DNA of 64,000 bases, taken from positions 8,742,001 through 8,806,000 of the forward strand of contig OZ176052.1 in assembly GCA_964247055.1 (NCBI GenBank), read 5' to 3'. Below, in pieces: positions 40,401 to 53,990 of the stretch. Positions within the stretch are counted from its first letter, which is position 1. Every line of letters starts with the position of its first letter. The notes beneath the pieces are model-generated. The model made no database searches. It saw only the letters and a program-made list of their open reading frames with translations, and was not told the origin of the DNA. The stretch is from Paragordius varius. Lineage: Eukaryota; Animalia; Nematomorpha. The position numbers and the translations under genes are program-made.

Positions 40401-43400
40401 GTTGGCGCAAGCGTTATCAGATGGGGATCCTTGTGTCACGTTTGCGATTTCGACCAGTTTCATTCTTGGGGTTAGCCATTGATTACTTCGATGCTCTACG
40501 CCATTTTCCAAAGTGTAAAGGGTTAAGTTAATCGGTTCATTCCCCAATCGTAAATCCCATAAAGCACCTGATTTACGAAAATATGTATTATAAGACTATA
40601 AGAGCTTTAAAATTTTATTTTCCCCGGATATGGAATGTGTTAAAGAAAGGGAGAGTTAAAAAACATCTATTACAATATGACTATAAACTACCTTTGAATC
40701 CTTGAACATAATGTTGTCGCATAAATTGAAGTAACGCAGTATCAATACCGTCGGTGTAACCGATAGAACCCAAAAATATTTGAGATACATTAAGATCTAA
40801 CCAAGTTGGAAAAAAATATTTTTTCTTATAATGTTTGGCGGATGTTATGATTTGTAAGTCCTCCGCCACTTTGGCTATTTTAATAAATGGATAATTTTCC
40901 TCATTAACGTTGAAATCAGTTGTTAAAGATGAGAGTGTTTGATTTAATGGAACGTCATTGAAATCTATCTATTAAAGGAAATAGATTTTTAAATATATTT
41001 AAAATGTATAATCAAATTTTATGTCAAGGTTCATCATTACTAAATATTACAAATAAAATCGGAACCAATTAAACCAGAACCTCAACCATTCAATTTTTTA
41101 CCGTTACCGCAATAACGATCCTGGAATTGCTTTTGGAACTGGACTGTGGATGATTTTTATATTTTTTATAATTTCATTTACGATGCCAAAAATTATTGAT
41201 ATAATATTCGATCATCAATTAAAATACATTTAGATTTTCAGGAGAATATCATGCATGTATTTTTTTAGCAGTATAACAATTAGTAGAAAAAACAGCCTAT
41301 TCTATATTCTTGCAACAAATTCTTTGGAATCTGAACCATAACTGTTTTATATGGAACCGGCTTTTTCCGAAAAAAATATATGGAAACGGAACTAAAATCG
41401 GTTCCAATTCTTATGTTTAGGATTTCGATTGCCCTCAAATGTTTGATTTTTTATATGTTAATCAAACATTATTGCACCGATCAACACTAAATAAATGGTT
41501 TTAATGTTGGTACTTTTTGATTACCTTTATAAAACCCGAAGATAGAGATATAACAAATAGATAAGATTTTGTTGGGAATGTAGTATCGTTTGTAGTGTTT
41601 AGTAAATGTTCTATCGTATCCAACATTAAAAACATAATAGTAGAGTTTGTGGACCTTGTTTTCACCAAAAAAGATATTTCAAAATCTGATTGAATAACTC
41701 CAAATTTCTGAGTCTTGTGAGTATAGTTTGGGACCAACCATACATAGGATATATTGCGTTCATGATTCAATGTAAATTCATCGAAACCTGTCATTTTTTT
41801 ATAAAATTAGTTTAATTTATAGATTTGATTCAGCAGAGAAAAAGTAATATATATTTTATGAAAAAACCCAACTAAAGAATTTAAAAAATATTGAATATTA
41901 ATTTTGATGAGGTATGTATTACTCTTTTCGCAATCATTGCCCAAGTATGGTCTACGGCAATTGCAAACATATGAATACCATTGGTCTACACAATGGCCAT
42001 TTGTTTTGCAACTTGATTCATAACATTGTCGAGACCGTGTACATGATTTATTTACCGCATTACTTGTAATATTATATTGCATATTTTTATCATCCTCGTC
42101 TAGGAGTATCAAATTGTCGTTGACAAACACATCCTAATATAACATTGAAAAATTTTAAAAACACTAAATTAAATTTTATTCTGTTTGCCTAAAACATTGA
42201 TGTAAAATTTTAACTAGGTCGCAAATTGAATGGAGCAGTGCTACAAATAGATATAAACTGTAATGTTTTTTATGATTGTAAATCATACAATAAATTAGAT
42301 TGTAGCGAGTCAATTTAAATTTTTTTAATAAGAATCACAGATTTTAAGGCAAATGAACGAATTTAATTAAATATACCCTCATGCATCCAATGTAATTCGT
42401 AGTATCAAATAGGCTGTTTGTTTCATTAGTACCTCCAAAACTAATTTGTGCATTACACGGCTTTTCCCAATTTAAAAAGGCCCGATTATCTTCCCTCCAA
42501 ATATCAATGTTGATGAAACCATTGGAGGTCAAATTTATTTTGAGACTTTGCCATTCAGTTTTGTCCACTCGTGAAACTAATTGCGCATAAAAACGAAATT
42601 ATGAATGGTGCGATTTTATAAAAATATATAAAGTATAAATTATTGTTTTTGCCATAGTATGCTTTGCTGTAACTGAGTCGAGACCGATAATAAACTGCTA
42701 AATTTTGATAAGACATAAGATAAATGATTTTATTAGTAACAACAATATATCGTTTTCCATCTGACCAATTTACATAGTTCGAACCCATCTAAAATTATTC
42801 ATGTATTCCCAAATAGTATTCTAATGCTTATATACAGGCGTTTAAACATCTTTTATACATGGCGTATATTTTTGAATATCCTAATCTTCTCCAATTTTAA
42901 TCCGTTTGCTTTGTGAACTATACCTAAACTATTTTTTAGATTTGCCTAAAACTTAGTGGAGTGGCTAAGAGTGAAACAAGGGGTTGTAACTTCTTATAAA
43001 CCTATTCAATATTCTTATTAGGGCTTCATTAAAATATTTATATTTTATTATCAAAATTATGTGCCGAAAATTTGGTAGTTTATTGCAAATGATTACATTT
43101 GTTATGCATAAAAATATTCGAGATTTTCTTTGCAAACTCTTTAATTTTATTTTTTGCCCTATTAATGTATTTAAAATAAAATAATATAGTAAAGTTATTA
43201 CTTGATATAAATAAGGGATCATATTTTATAGAATCATTTGAATGTGAAATTAGTGTTCCAAAGAGTCTTCCATTATCGATTCTAAGATTTATTATATAGA
43301 TATAATTCACAGCCAGGCTAGGCTCATCTTTATTTTTATTGTATAATGTTATATCTATCAGGTTAACGTTTCTAAGGCTAGTGGCGAATTCTAAAGAAAT

Positions 43401-46400
43401 ATTTAAGGTGTCAGTCTCACATATATCCATGTTGCTTATTGATATATAGGATGATACAATCTTTGGTTTGATTAAAAGAGGTGCTGAGTGTAGTATAGTA
43501 GGGGGCTTAGTTGGCATACCCACAACTTCAACAATTCCTGGCACGGCTTTATCATTATCGATTGAAGATTTTGTTGTATTTTTCTTATCTATAACACTTG
43601 GTGAAATGATAGAAAACGATGTATTTGATGTGAGATTCATCATTTCATTATTGATAATTGCACTAGTATCTAGAAAACTTTCTCGAATCCTTCTATTTAA
43701 TGATGAATGCTCATTTGGATCATTCACTAATCGTGTGCCATCTGGAGTGTAATGTATTGTCTCATATGTAAGATTAGTACCATAAAATGAGTAGGACGTT
43801 CTGATTTCACAATTCTTTCCGGTTCTTCCGGCTTCACATCGACATTCATAGTAGTGTTCTGAGCCATTATTCCTAATCAAGGGGATACAATCCATCCTCT
43901 CTGGGCAAAAGTAATCTGAACAGCCAGTTAACGGGATTTCACAATTTAATCCACCATACTCTCGGCTACATCGACATTCATACCCATTCAATAAATCGTG
44001 ACATCTCCCATTATTTTGGCATGGCCTGCTCCTACATGAAAATTTTTATTGTTAGTATGTTTTAAGATGAATTAACTTTTACCAATAGTATAGAACAAAG
44101 AAACATACTTTTATATAGTAATATAATATTTTTTATCGTAAATTGGAAATGGATCTAAATTATATTAATGGGTGTTAATTTAAATTTCAAAAGGTTGTGA
44201 TAGGGTTAATTACTTGCATTCATCAATTTCTACATTACACAATTTCCCCTCGTAGCCTGCAAAACATGCACACTCGAAATCGTTAATTTTGTCCGTGCAA
44301 TTTCCATACACGCATGGATTAAGGAAGCATTCATCCACATCAATTTCGCAATTTAGACCTGCATACCCTGGCTGACATTTGCAGTCATATCCAGCTGCTG
44401 GAACACTCTCAAACTTGGTCCCGTTTTCGCTTGATTCGTCTAACAAATATATACGTATAGTGATGTTTTTCTTAAATGGTAAAATTTTAAATGTATAAAA
44501 GCCCGATAAAAGCTTAAGCACTTGCCTACTCAGGGCTGACAGTGTGATGGATAAATACCGAGCTTCGGGTATCAAACTCTATTCGGGGTATATTGTAAGA
44601 GTTTGAGCCTTAATGTTTATCCCCACACCTTCAAACTTGATTAATCTGAGTTTAATTCAGAATAATTTCTTAACCATACGCATACTATCAATCAAAAGTT
44701 TTTGAGAAAAAAACCAAATCAACTTTGCACACATTTTCTTAACAACATCTCTAAATGGCGGATAATTTTTGAATCAATTAATATAACATTATCGAAACCT
44801 GAAACATTAACAATTATATATCGTTGAGTACAAACTCCTTTGTTGAGACAAGGCTCAATGGCGCATTCATTAATGTCTTGAGCACAGTTTTTGCCCTCAA
44901 AACCTGGTTTGCATTCGCAGCTATAATCATTGATTAAATCGGTACATGTTCCGTTGTATTTACACGGGTTAGGTTCACAATCATTTATATTAACATCACA
45001 AAGTGTCCCTTCATAACCGGTGCCTTCACATTGACACTCGAATCTTAACATAAAGTCGTATATTTATTGTACATATTCAATACGATATATTTTTTATAAG
45101 GATTATATAATTTTCTATAACCATATAGTATTTGGACAAATTAAAAAAAACCTGTTTAAAATTAAACAATTTAAATTAATCCCATGCCTTATCAGCCCTA
45201 TGCCACCGATAACTTACATCTTTGACAAAATTAATTAATTAATATTTAATTACTTACCCATTTACTTTGTCAATACATATTCCACCATTTTGACATAAAT
45301 TATCTTTGCAATTATCAATATTGATCTCGCAATGTCGTCCTTCGAACCCAGGGACGCATTCACAGCGGTATTCATTGACTAGATCGGTGCAATTGGCATC
45401 ATTAAGGCATGGATTTGGAGAACAATCATCAATGTTGATTTCACATTGTTTACCCGTAAATCCTGCACACGCACAAAATATCAAAGTAAAATACATTTGT
45501 AAAAATATATTTTAAGGGCCTCATAAACTGCAAATGCTTTATGCGGCAATGTAGTTAAGCGATTTTATTTATGGGTATCCTATAGTATGATTTAAGGTAA
45601 CGAGAAAAAACTGGCAAACTGATGAAAATATTTCCAATTTAAAAAACAGTTTATTTTATTCGTTACACAATAAATGTTACCTTGTTTACATTGGCAGACA
45701 TATTTATCTATGAGATCGGAACATATGCCCCCATTGTGACACGGCTGAACTGCACAATCATTGTAATTTACATTACAATGTTTTCCGGTAAAACCAGGGA
45801 TGCAGTAGCACATATAAGTTCCGTGACTGTTAGCACACATACCTACAAATACAATTTCCCACAATAATTAAAAATAAAATATCCATTATAATTATTATAT
45901 AAAATATTATATAATTTAAGGGTAAAGTTGGATTCTATTCACAGAGGGGATAATAAAATGGTAAAATTATATAACAAAGAATTTCAACGACAAACAAGGA
46001 AGGATTATGAAGAATTTCTTAATAAAATGTCTGGAAGTGGAATTAAATAACAAAAAAGGGTTAAAGCAACCAATGTTCCAGAAACTGAAGCTAATGACTC
46101 ACAAACCATATATATCATCCCAAAAGATTAAATAAGAGAATGGCACCATATTGTGCAAACAAACAGAAGTACGAGAAAGATGAAAGGAATACACCCAAAA
46201 ACTCTATCTGGCCCCTCAAGCAAAAGTGTCGCAATTAAAGGAACAACGTGATCCAGATATACATAGAGAGGAGGTTGAATTAGCATTAAAACAAATTTCT
46301 AATAACAAAGCGATATGATTAGACAATATTTCAATAGAATTCATAAAAGCTATTCCTGTAGAAACGTTACACAAGTTATGTCAAAAGGTGTGGGAAACAT

Positions 46401-49400
46401 TGTGAGTGGCCAAACGACTGGATATCATCAGTATATCTCCCAATATACAAAAAAGGTGATGCACTCCAGTGCGCAAACTACCGAAACATAGCTCTTATTA
46501 GCCACGCTAGTAAGGTCTTGCTAAAAATAATACAAAACAGGATGCACAGTATTATACAGTCAGAAATACCAGAAAATCAAGCCGGATTTATCAAGGGAAA
46601 AAGCGCAAGAGACCATATATCAAACATGAGAAGAATAATGGAAACATTTAGAGAGTTTCATAAAGAATTATACAAGTGTTTTATTAATTACAGACAAGCC
46701 TTCGATTCGATTAATTATGACTCCTTGTGGAAAAAATAAAGTTAGTAGGGGTATCATCCCACTTAATAAGATTGATTAGCTCTCTCTAAGTAAAACAAAG
46801 AGCGATTATAAGAACATCAGCGGGGGACACAGAATACCTATCTTGAAAGGAGTCAGACAAGAGTGTTGCTTATCCCCTTATCTGTTCAATATGTGCACAA
46901 AAATGATAATGATAAAGTTAGATGGTAAAAATATTGGAGTATGAATAGGAGGGAGAACAATCAATAATTTAAGGTTTGCAGACGATACCACTCTTATAGC
47001 TGAAAGAGTAAATGATTTAAAGGAATTGATTGAAGAGATTCGAAAGGAAAGTTTGAGTTATGGTCTTGTGCTTAACCCTAACAAAACCAAAATATTATGT
47101 ACTGGAGAAAAGCCTACAATTATTATAGATGAAGGGAAAATAGAAAAAGTTAAACAACTAAGGTTATTGGGTGCTATCATTTCCGAGGATGGGTCTTAAA
47201 CTCATGACATCAGAAAGAGAATAGGATTGGGTAAAGAAGCGATGACCAAATTAATAAAGATTTGGAAAACAATGGAGTTGAAACTAAAAAAAGATTACTC
47301 TACTTGTTCTCCCGATCATCACATATGGTAGTGAGAGCTGGACTCTCAGAAAATGAGACAAAGAAAGGCTGGCTTTCGAAAGGAGCTGCTGGTGTAGGAT
47401 GCTAGGATACACCTGGAAGGATAAAATAAGAATGATTCAACTACAGAAATAAAGCCTAAAACAAACATCCTGGAGATAATTCGAAAAAGAAAGTTAACAT
47501 ATTTTGGTCATGTCATGCGATCGAATTCTCTAGAGAAAGACACAATGTTTGGGAAGGTAGAAGGACAAAGAAAACGAGGCCGACCACCGATGAGGTGGTT
47601 AAATATGATAAAAGAGGAGACAAAAATGACATTAACGATCTCAATGTAGCGGTAAAAGATAGATAAAAGTAGAAAGAAATAGTGAAAACTATATCCAAAA
47701 AGTCGTTTACGATTAGGAATAACCAACCAAAAAATATTAAAAATTAAAATCTCTAATTTATTATATTGTGGTGGTATGAGTAAGGCCTCTGACAATGCTT
47801 TCTCCGGATGAACTACACAATCATCATTATCAGCCCAGGTGCTTTACAGCCTTTGGGTCATTAACACAAACCTCTTTAAAAATATGGAATGTTTTATATA
47901 TTGTTTATTTCTTGGATGTAATCTTCATTATTTATTTAATAATAAACTTTAAATCGTATCCGAATTAAATAAATTTCTATTTACTGCACTAGTGGCGATG
48001 AGCAACTAGAGTTAAGGAAAAGGGGGGAAAAGGTTGGGGCCTTTTTCGGAAAATTTTTAATTTTATCGTCCTAAAAAAGGCAATTGGTGTCGAGAATCAT
48101 TTTGCTAATACTACATGACTTTACCATAATTGCAGATGTTTTCATATTCAACACATTCATTGACGTCATCTTGACACATGATTCCCTTATATCCTTTAGG
48201 GCATTCACATTTGAAGCCTTCAACTTCGTCTATACAAGTTGCATTGTTATAACAAGGATTCGGTTCACAATCATCAATATTGTGATCGCATTTTACACCC
48301 TCGAATCCAGGTTTACACACACATTTGAAATCATTTGTTCTGTTAGATATCACATTATTTAGTAGTAAAAATATATTTAATAATAATAAATTGACATAAC
48401 CTATTTTATACCTATACTTCGATTTAAATTGGGGTATCTAAACATCGCAGAGTCTAGTTAATATTTTTGGAAAACTATTGAAAAAAACGGTCCCAATTCA
48501 AATTCATGCTTTTATCCTAATAAAAATTATATAAATAAGCCGAAATATCTAAATAAAATGTAATTTTGAAAAAGAAGATCCATATCAAACTACTTCGACG
48601 CCATTTTTATTTTACAAAATTTTTGCAATATGTGCTTATTTGATTTGTGGTTATTTAATTTTAAAGCTAAAATTAAAGCTAATTTTACAGAAATCACACC
48701 ATTGATCCAAACAGAAAAGTGGTTTTTTTGTATAATTCCTTAATTTAGCTAATGCACAAATGTTATGTTGACAAAATAAAATAAATATTATCAAGTTTTT
48801 TGAATGATTTTTTTTTATATTTGTCCAACAGTAATGTTATATAAGTGCAACCTTTTGTTATGGTTTTAATCCCATAAGTTTAATTTTAAACAGGCCTGGA
48901 GTATCCAACGACCCCAATTTGAATCGAAGGACTGAAATGAATGTGTTGTAGCCAATTGTTAAAATAGGAAATACGGAAATCGGATGTTTATAAAATCATG
49001 AAATATTTGAGGGCAAAATTAGCTAATTTTGCAATGGGTGGTATATTTTGAAAATTCGGACAGAAAAATTTATATTAAAGTTATATTTTAGGCAACCCCA
49101 AAATGTTCAATGTTAATATTAAAACAAAATATTTTATATAACATTTGGCAAAAATTATAAAGCAATAATTTAACAAATATATGAATCACATCATAATTGC
49201 GGATTACTACCATTAATCCAGCACCATGCATTTTAACATAAGATATATATCCATTGAGCAAAATTTTTTTACTATATTTTTTACTTAATTTTTAATATCC
49301 TGACAACAGCTGAAAATCAATTATTTTCACTATAATACAATTATAGTTATTTAATTCATAATATATGTCCAAGTTGTATAAGTAACAAAACACAAAAATA

Positions 49401-52400
49401 TAATGCGGCAAAATTTCATAGACGATCTTTTTTTGGATAACTGATCGAAATCAGTAGTTTTTTATAAATTATAGCTTGCAAGCTATTTTCACAGATGTTA
49501 ACGATTCAATTAAAAGACCACAGAATTAAAAAGTTTTTTATTATATATATATATATATATTTGAAACTTTTTGGCAGAGTTAACTCTAAATATAATATTT
49601 GTGTGGTTATAACAAATTAAGTGTCATTTTACACTGCGTCCGAAATCGGGGTAATGAAAAAATCCAGATGATATATATGAAAAAGGTATCAAGATTATCA
49701 TGGTTTTAGCCCTAACTATGATTTAATAGTTGTTTTTACTTTTGTGGTAGCTGCTCCATATCTGAAAATGGCAAAACTTGCGCATTTTATAAATAATAAT
49801 ATTAAAATATATCAGACACTACGTATAAAAAACAAAAATTATTTTATTGGTGGGAGATGAAAGTCTTATTTTCGCTCGTCTTGGACTAGTTCTCTTTAAA
49901 TAAAGGCAAAAATGCGAGTTGTGCGATAATATTTTTCAAGTTTCATTTTAAGCAAAATTTATTGAAGCGTATTTTATGCTATTTTATGAATTACATTAAA
50001 AAACGCCTTAAGATACCATAAAACAATACTATAAACAATTTTACTTTATATGATGCTTAAACATTTATACCGCTTCAATTAAAAGATTTGTTATCGAATT
50101 CTATAAATTGTTTATAATATCTTAATTTTATAAAAGTATGCATTTTTTAAATTTTTGGGATACATTAAATCTAGCATATGCTTAAAATTTTTATAGCGCA
50201 ATCTTGAAATTTTTGCTTTAGTTTTAAAGGATCTAGCCCATTTTAGAAGATCAGAAAAATAAGACCTTTAACCAGATAAAAATTCAAATCTTTTCAAAGT
50301 ATTGTTTTGCTTTCTATGTAGTTTATGATTCGAGATATTTTAAATTAAAAAACTAATAATACCAATTTATTGGCCGATAATGTAGATTCTATTACTCTCT
50401 AGGTACAATCTAAAAAGAAAAAAGAATCCTTAAGCAATTTTGCCACCAACTCGCTTTAGATTATAAATTTTTCACAAATAAAATTAGAATTTCTATTTTG
50501 CTGATACTTTAAAAGAATTACCTTAACATAGATAACTATTAATGTTAAGGTGTTAATATTGAAGATATATCCGTAACTATATATATATATATAAAAAAAT
50601 TTAAGGGTTTAGGGTTTAAAATACCACTTATTTTGATGCACATATGATATTTCTTACAGCCTAAAAACAGCCCCTTTTGCCTCATGGATAAATCCCCGCC
50701 TATAGATCCCAAAGTTCTTTTATGGTATAATGAACCTATTCCCTTTGACGACATTAGTATGCCTTTTTTTGCTCCCTCTTACAACGAGAATATTCCTATG
50801 TAATTTAAATTTATTACTTACCCGTCGATACAAATTTGCCCGGTTGGACACACCACGCCATTACAATCATCATTGTTAAGTTCGCAATTTTTGCCGGAGT
50901 AACCCATTGGACATTTGCAAACAAAGTCTAAATGATAATAAATGTTTAATATGCATAATTACTTGTTTGATTTCTTATACATTCACCCTTGAGACATGGT
51001 TTGTGTGCACAAGGGTCGGTATTGATTGCGCAATTTTTTCCACTCCAGTTTGGCAAACATTCGCATTTATAGGATCCGATCTCATTAATGCAGGTTCCTC
51101 CATTTTGACATAAGTTTCCTGTTTCACACTCGTTAATATCAACATTACACATTTCACCTAAATATAATGTCATATATTTAGCGGTAAAATTATCATTAGT
51201 AGATGGTTTACAATCTAAATTAAAACAATACCAGTGAATCCTGGTAAGCATTTACAAATTATTTCATTATTATTGTTATTAGCGCAGTAGGAATTGGTTT
51301 GGCATTTAATATCTTTGCAGGGCTTCTCTTCAATTTCACAATTAAACCCATTGTAATATTTATTGCATAGGCAGCTATAACCATCGTTTGTAATATTTCT
51401 TGAGCATATGCCATTGTTTAAACATATATCTATCAAACAATTTTTTTTTGTAAGATATATTATTTAAAATAAGTTGCCATGATTAAACTAACTCGGCCTA
51501 AAAATAATGTCGCAGATTTTTTAAACTCTCGTCTGTGACGTCTAATATTCCATATTTCAATATTAATGACTAAGTAGATTAAACTGTTAAAGATGATTAA
51601 AAATTTTAGCTTGAATAAAAGTGATTTAAAAAATGTGGCTTATAAGTTGAATAGAAATTGTTTGAATAAAAAAATATATTCACAGATAGGCTGATATGCA
51701 CTATGACTATAGGTATCTAAAAGCATTTCTAATTTTGCCTTAATTATTGCCAGAGAGCATTTTCTAGTTAAAGATAGTGCAAATGCATTTTGTACACATT
51801 TTCTTGATTTAGCAAATAATATTCGTTACTATTAATGCTATCTGGAAATAGTTATACAAGAAATGTATTATTACTTATATATCAGACTTGCAGATTTGAG
51901 ATTAGAATTATCAATAATTTCTAAGAAACTATTTTAATAACAGCTAATATCTGCACTAAAAAATAAAGCTGTAGCATATGCGTATAGGAGTCGGAACTAA
52001 AAATTGAGAAAAAAAGGAATAACATTATATAGATCATTTCAAATTGTTAAAAAATATGTATAGGCTAAAAATAAAACACTAAAGATCGATTTTGAAATAG
52101 TTAAATGATCAAATTAAGATTGGGAAAATGGTTTTTTTGACCTGAAGATGGTTACTTTAAGATGTAACATTGCATATATTAATATCAATATCAAAATTTA
52201 TAGAGTTACCTCATTTGATATTATTCGTTAAAAAATACAATTAAATTTAATGAATTAAAAGAAAATCGGGAAAATGGATACAAAGCACATGACTGGCAAG
52301 AAGGGTTAAATAGAAGATGGGGGCTTTTATTACTTAACTATATTTAGCCTACTATTCTTTTCTTGTTTTCGATATTATCATCATGATGGGAGAATTTGAA

Positions 52401-53959
52401 TTAATATGGAATAAAACCAATTTTTGATGGCTAAAAAATTATAGATCTTTAAACCGACATATCTATTAAGAAGAGTGTTACTAAAACCGCAAGAATGGCG
52501 GTGTATTATTTTAATGTTGGATATCCTTATTTGGAGTATTAATATCTGCTGTGTCAAACAGCTAAAAATATTTATCGGTATTATATGAGCACAGTCCTCG
52601 TAACAAGAAAAATATTTTTCGGATCCTCTTTAATGGCACTGTTCAAAAGTTAAACGCTTGTTTCAATGATTCTCATTACCCCTTACTGTTTCCGCTAACA
52701 TTGAATTGATAGATATTAGGCGTTTTTAAAATAACTATTACAAAAATACTTTTAGGTTTTTTCAGGGATTAAACGGCATGTAAACTTTTCATTTTTGAAA
52801 CATAAATTAATTATTTATTTTTCAATTTTTGACACTATCCAAACCTTTGTTAATACTGTTTTCCACTTTATTCGAACCATAAAAAATTTTTTTTATATTT
52901 TTCAGTGAGAACAATAAATTTTTGTTTATCTGTTTAAATATTTGGCATTTATCCGTATGGGTTAGGATATCCATAAATTTAGATAATGGACGAAAATCAT
53001 AAATATTTGACCAAGAAACATTGTTATTTTCTATCAAAGAAATCCTTGGTGTACCTAAACCATTTTTCCAAATTTATATATAACCTTAGCCAAAAATAAA
53101 AATGGCCCAGAAACAGAATCGAAACCAAACGGTTCCAATCACCGCTTATATTAAAGTGACCAGATAAGCTGTTTTTAGCAGTACTATGCTGTGTTTTCGA
53201 AAAAAAACCGAGCCTGTACTGCGCTGAATTTTGTACAGCTTTTTGAAATACAATTTTTTTCAATAAATATGTCTTAATTACCTTTTATTTTAATTATTTT
53301 GTAAAATTTGATAAAGTTCCTTTTGTTAAAATAAAAAAAAATGGTTCCTTTGCGGTAAAAAACTATGTTTTTTTTAATTTTAATATTTTTTTGCTCTAGG
53401 AATTTGGTTTTGGACCCGTCACCTATGAAGGCAGCCATTCGCACAGTGGCTGAACAATAAATATCAGACTCCCGATTTAGGTAGCCCTTTCACTCAGGGC
53501 TTCCGCAAAAGCGACCTCAAATTTAAAATGAACACAAAATTAATTTATATTTCCATTATAACATTAATATATATCCATATATTTAACATATGATATAATT
53601 ATATATCGATTCTATAATAAATTTTTAATAAATTTATTTTTTGGATATTTTTAATTGTTTTTAATGAGCTTATAAATAGTAACGAACAATACCATTTATT
53701 ATAACACACTGAAAATCTGGTAAAAAATAGGCAAATTATATTTAATTTTGTACTGCGTCAGGGTTCTAAATATCTGGTCACATTAGCTTATATAGTAAAA
53801 TCATTACTTTTTACACAGGGATCACCGGAGTATTCGCAAAAAGTACCATAATGGGGAAACGGGCATAAACATTCAGAGTTAGATTGATTATTTGTGTAGC
53901 AATATCCTCCATTTAAACATGGCGCGGCTTCGCAATCAATTTCTAATGATTAAATTGGA

Positions 53960-53990
<31 letters not shown>

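Noticed and set aside
42555-42788. [17 protein letters not shown].. as a LamG1 exon
   Set aside because: Its acceptor needs phase 0 but exon 13 ends in phase 1. The acceptor at 42577 gives the proper LamG strand ([11 protein letters not shown]), so this ORF is intronic.
50600-50625. tttaggg telomere-like motif
   Set aside because: Only about two units, which is expected by chance.
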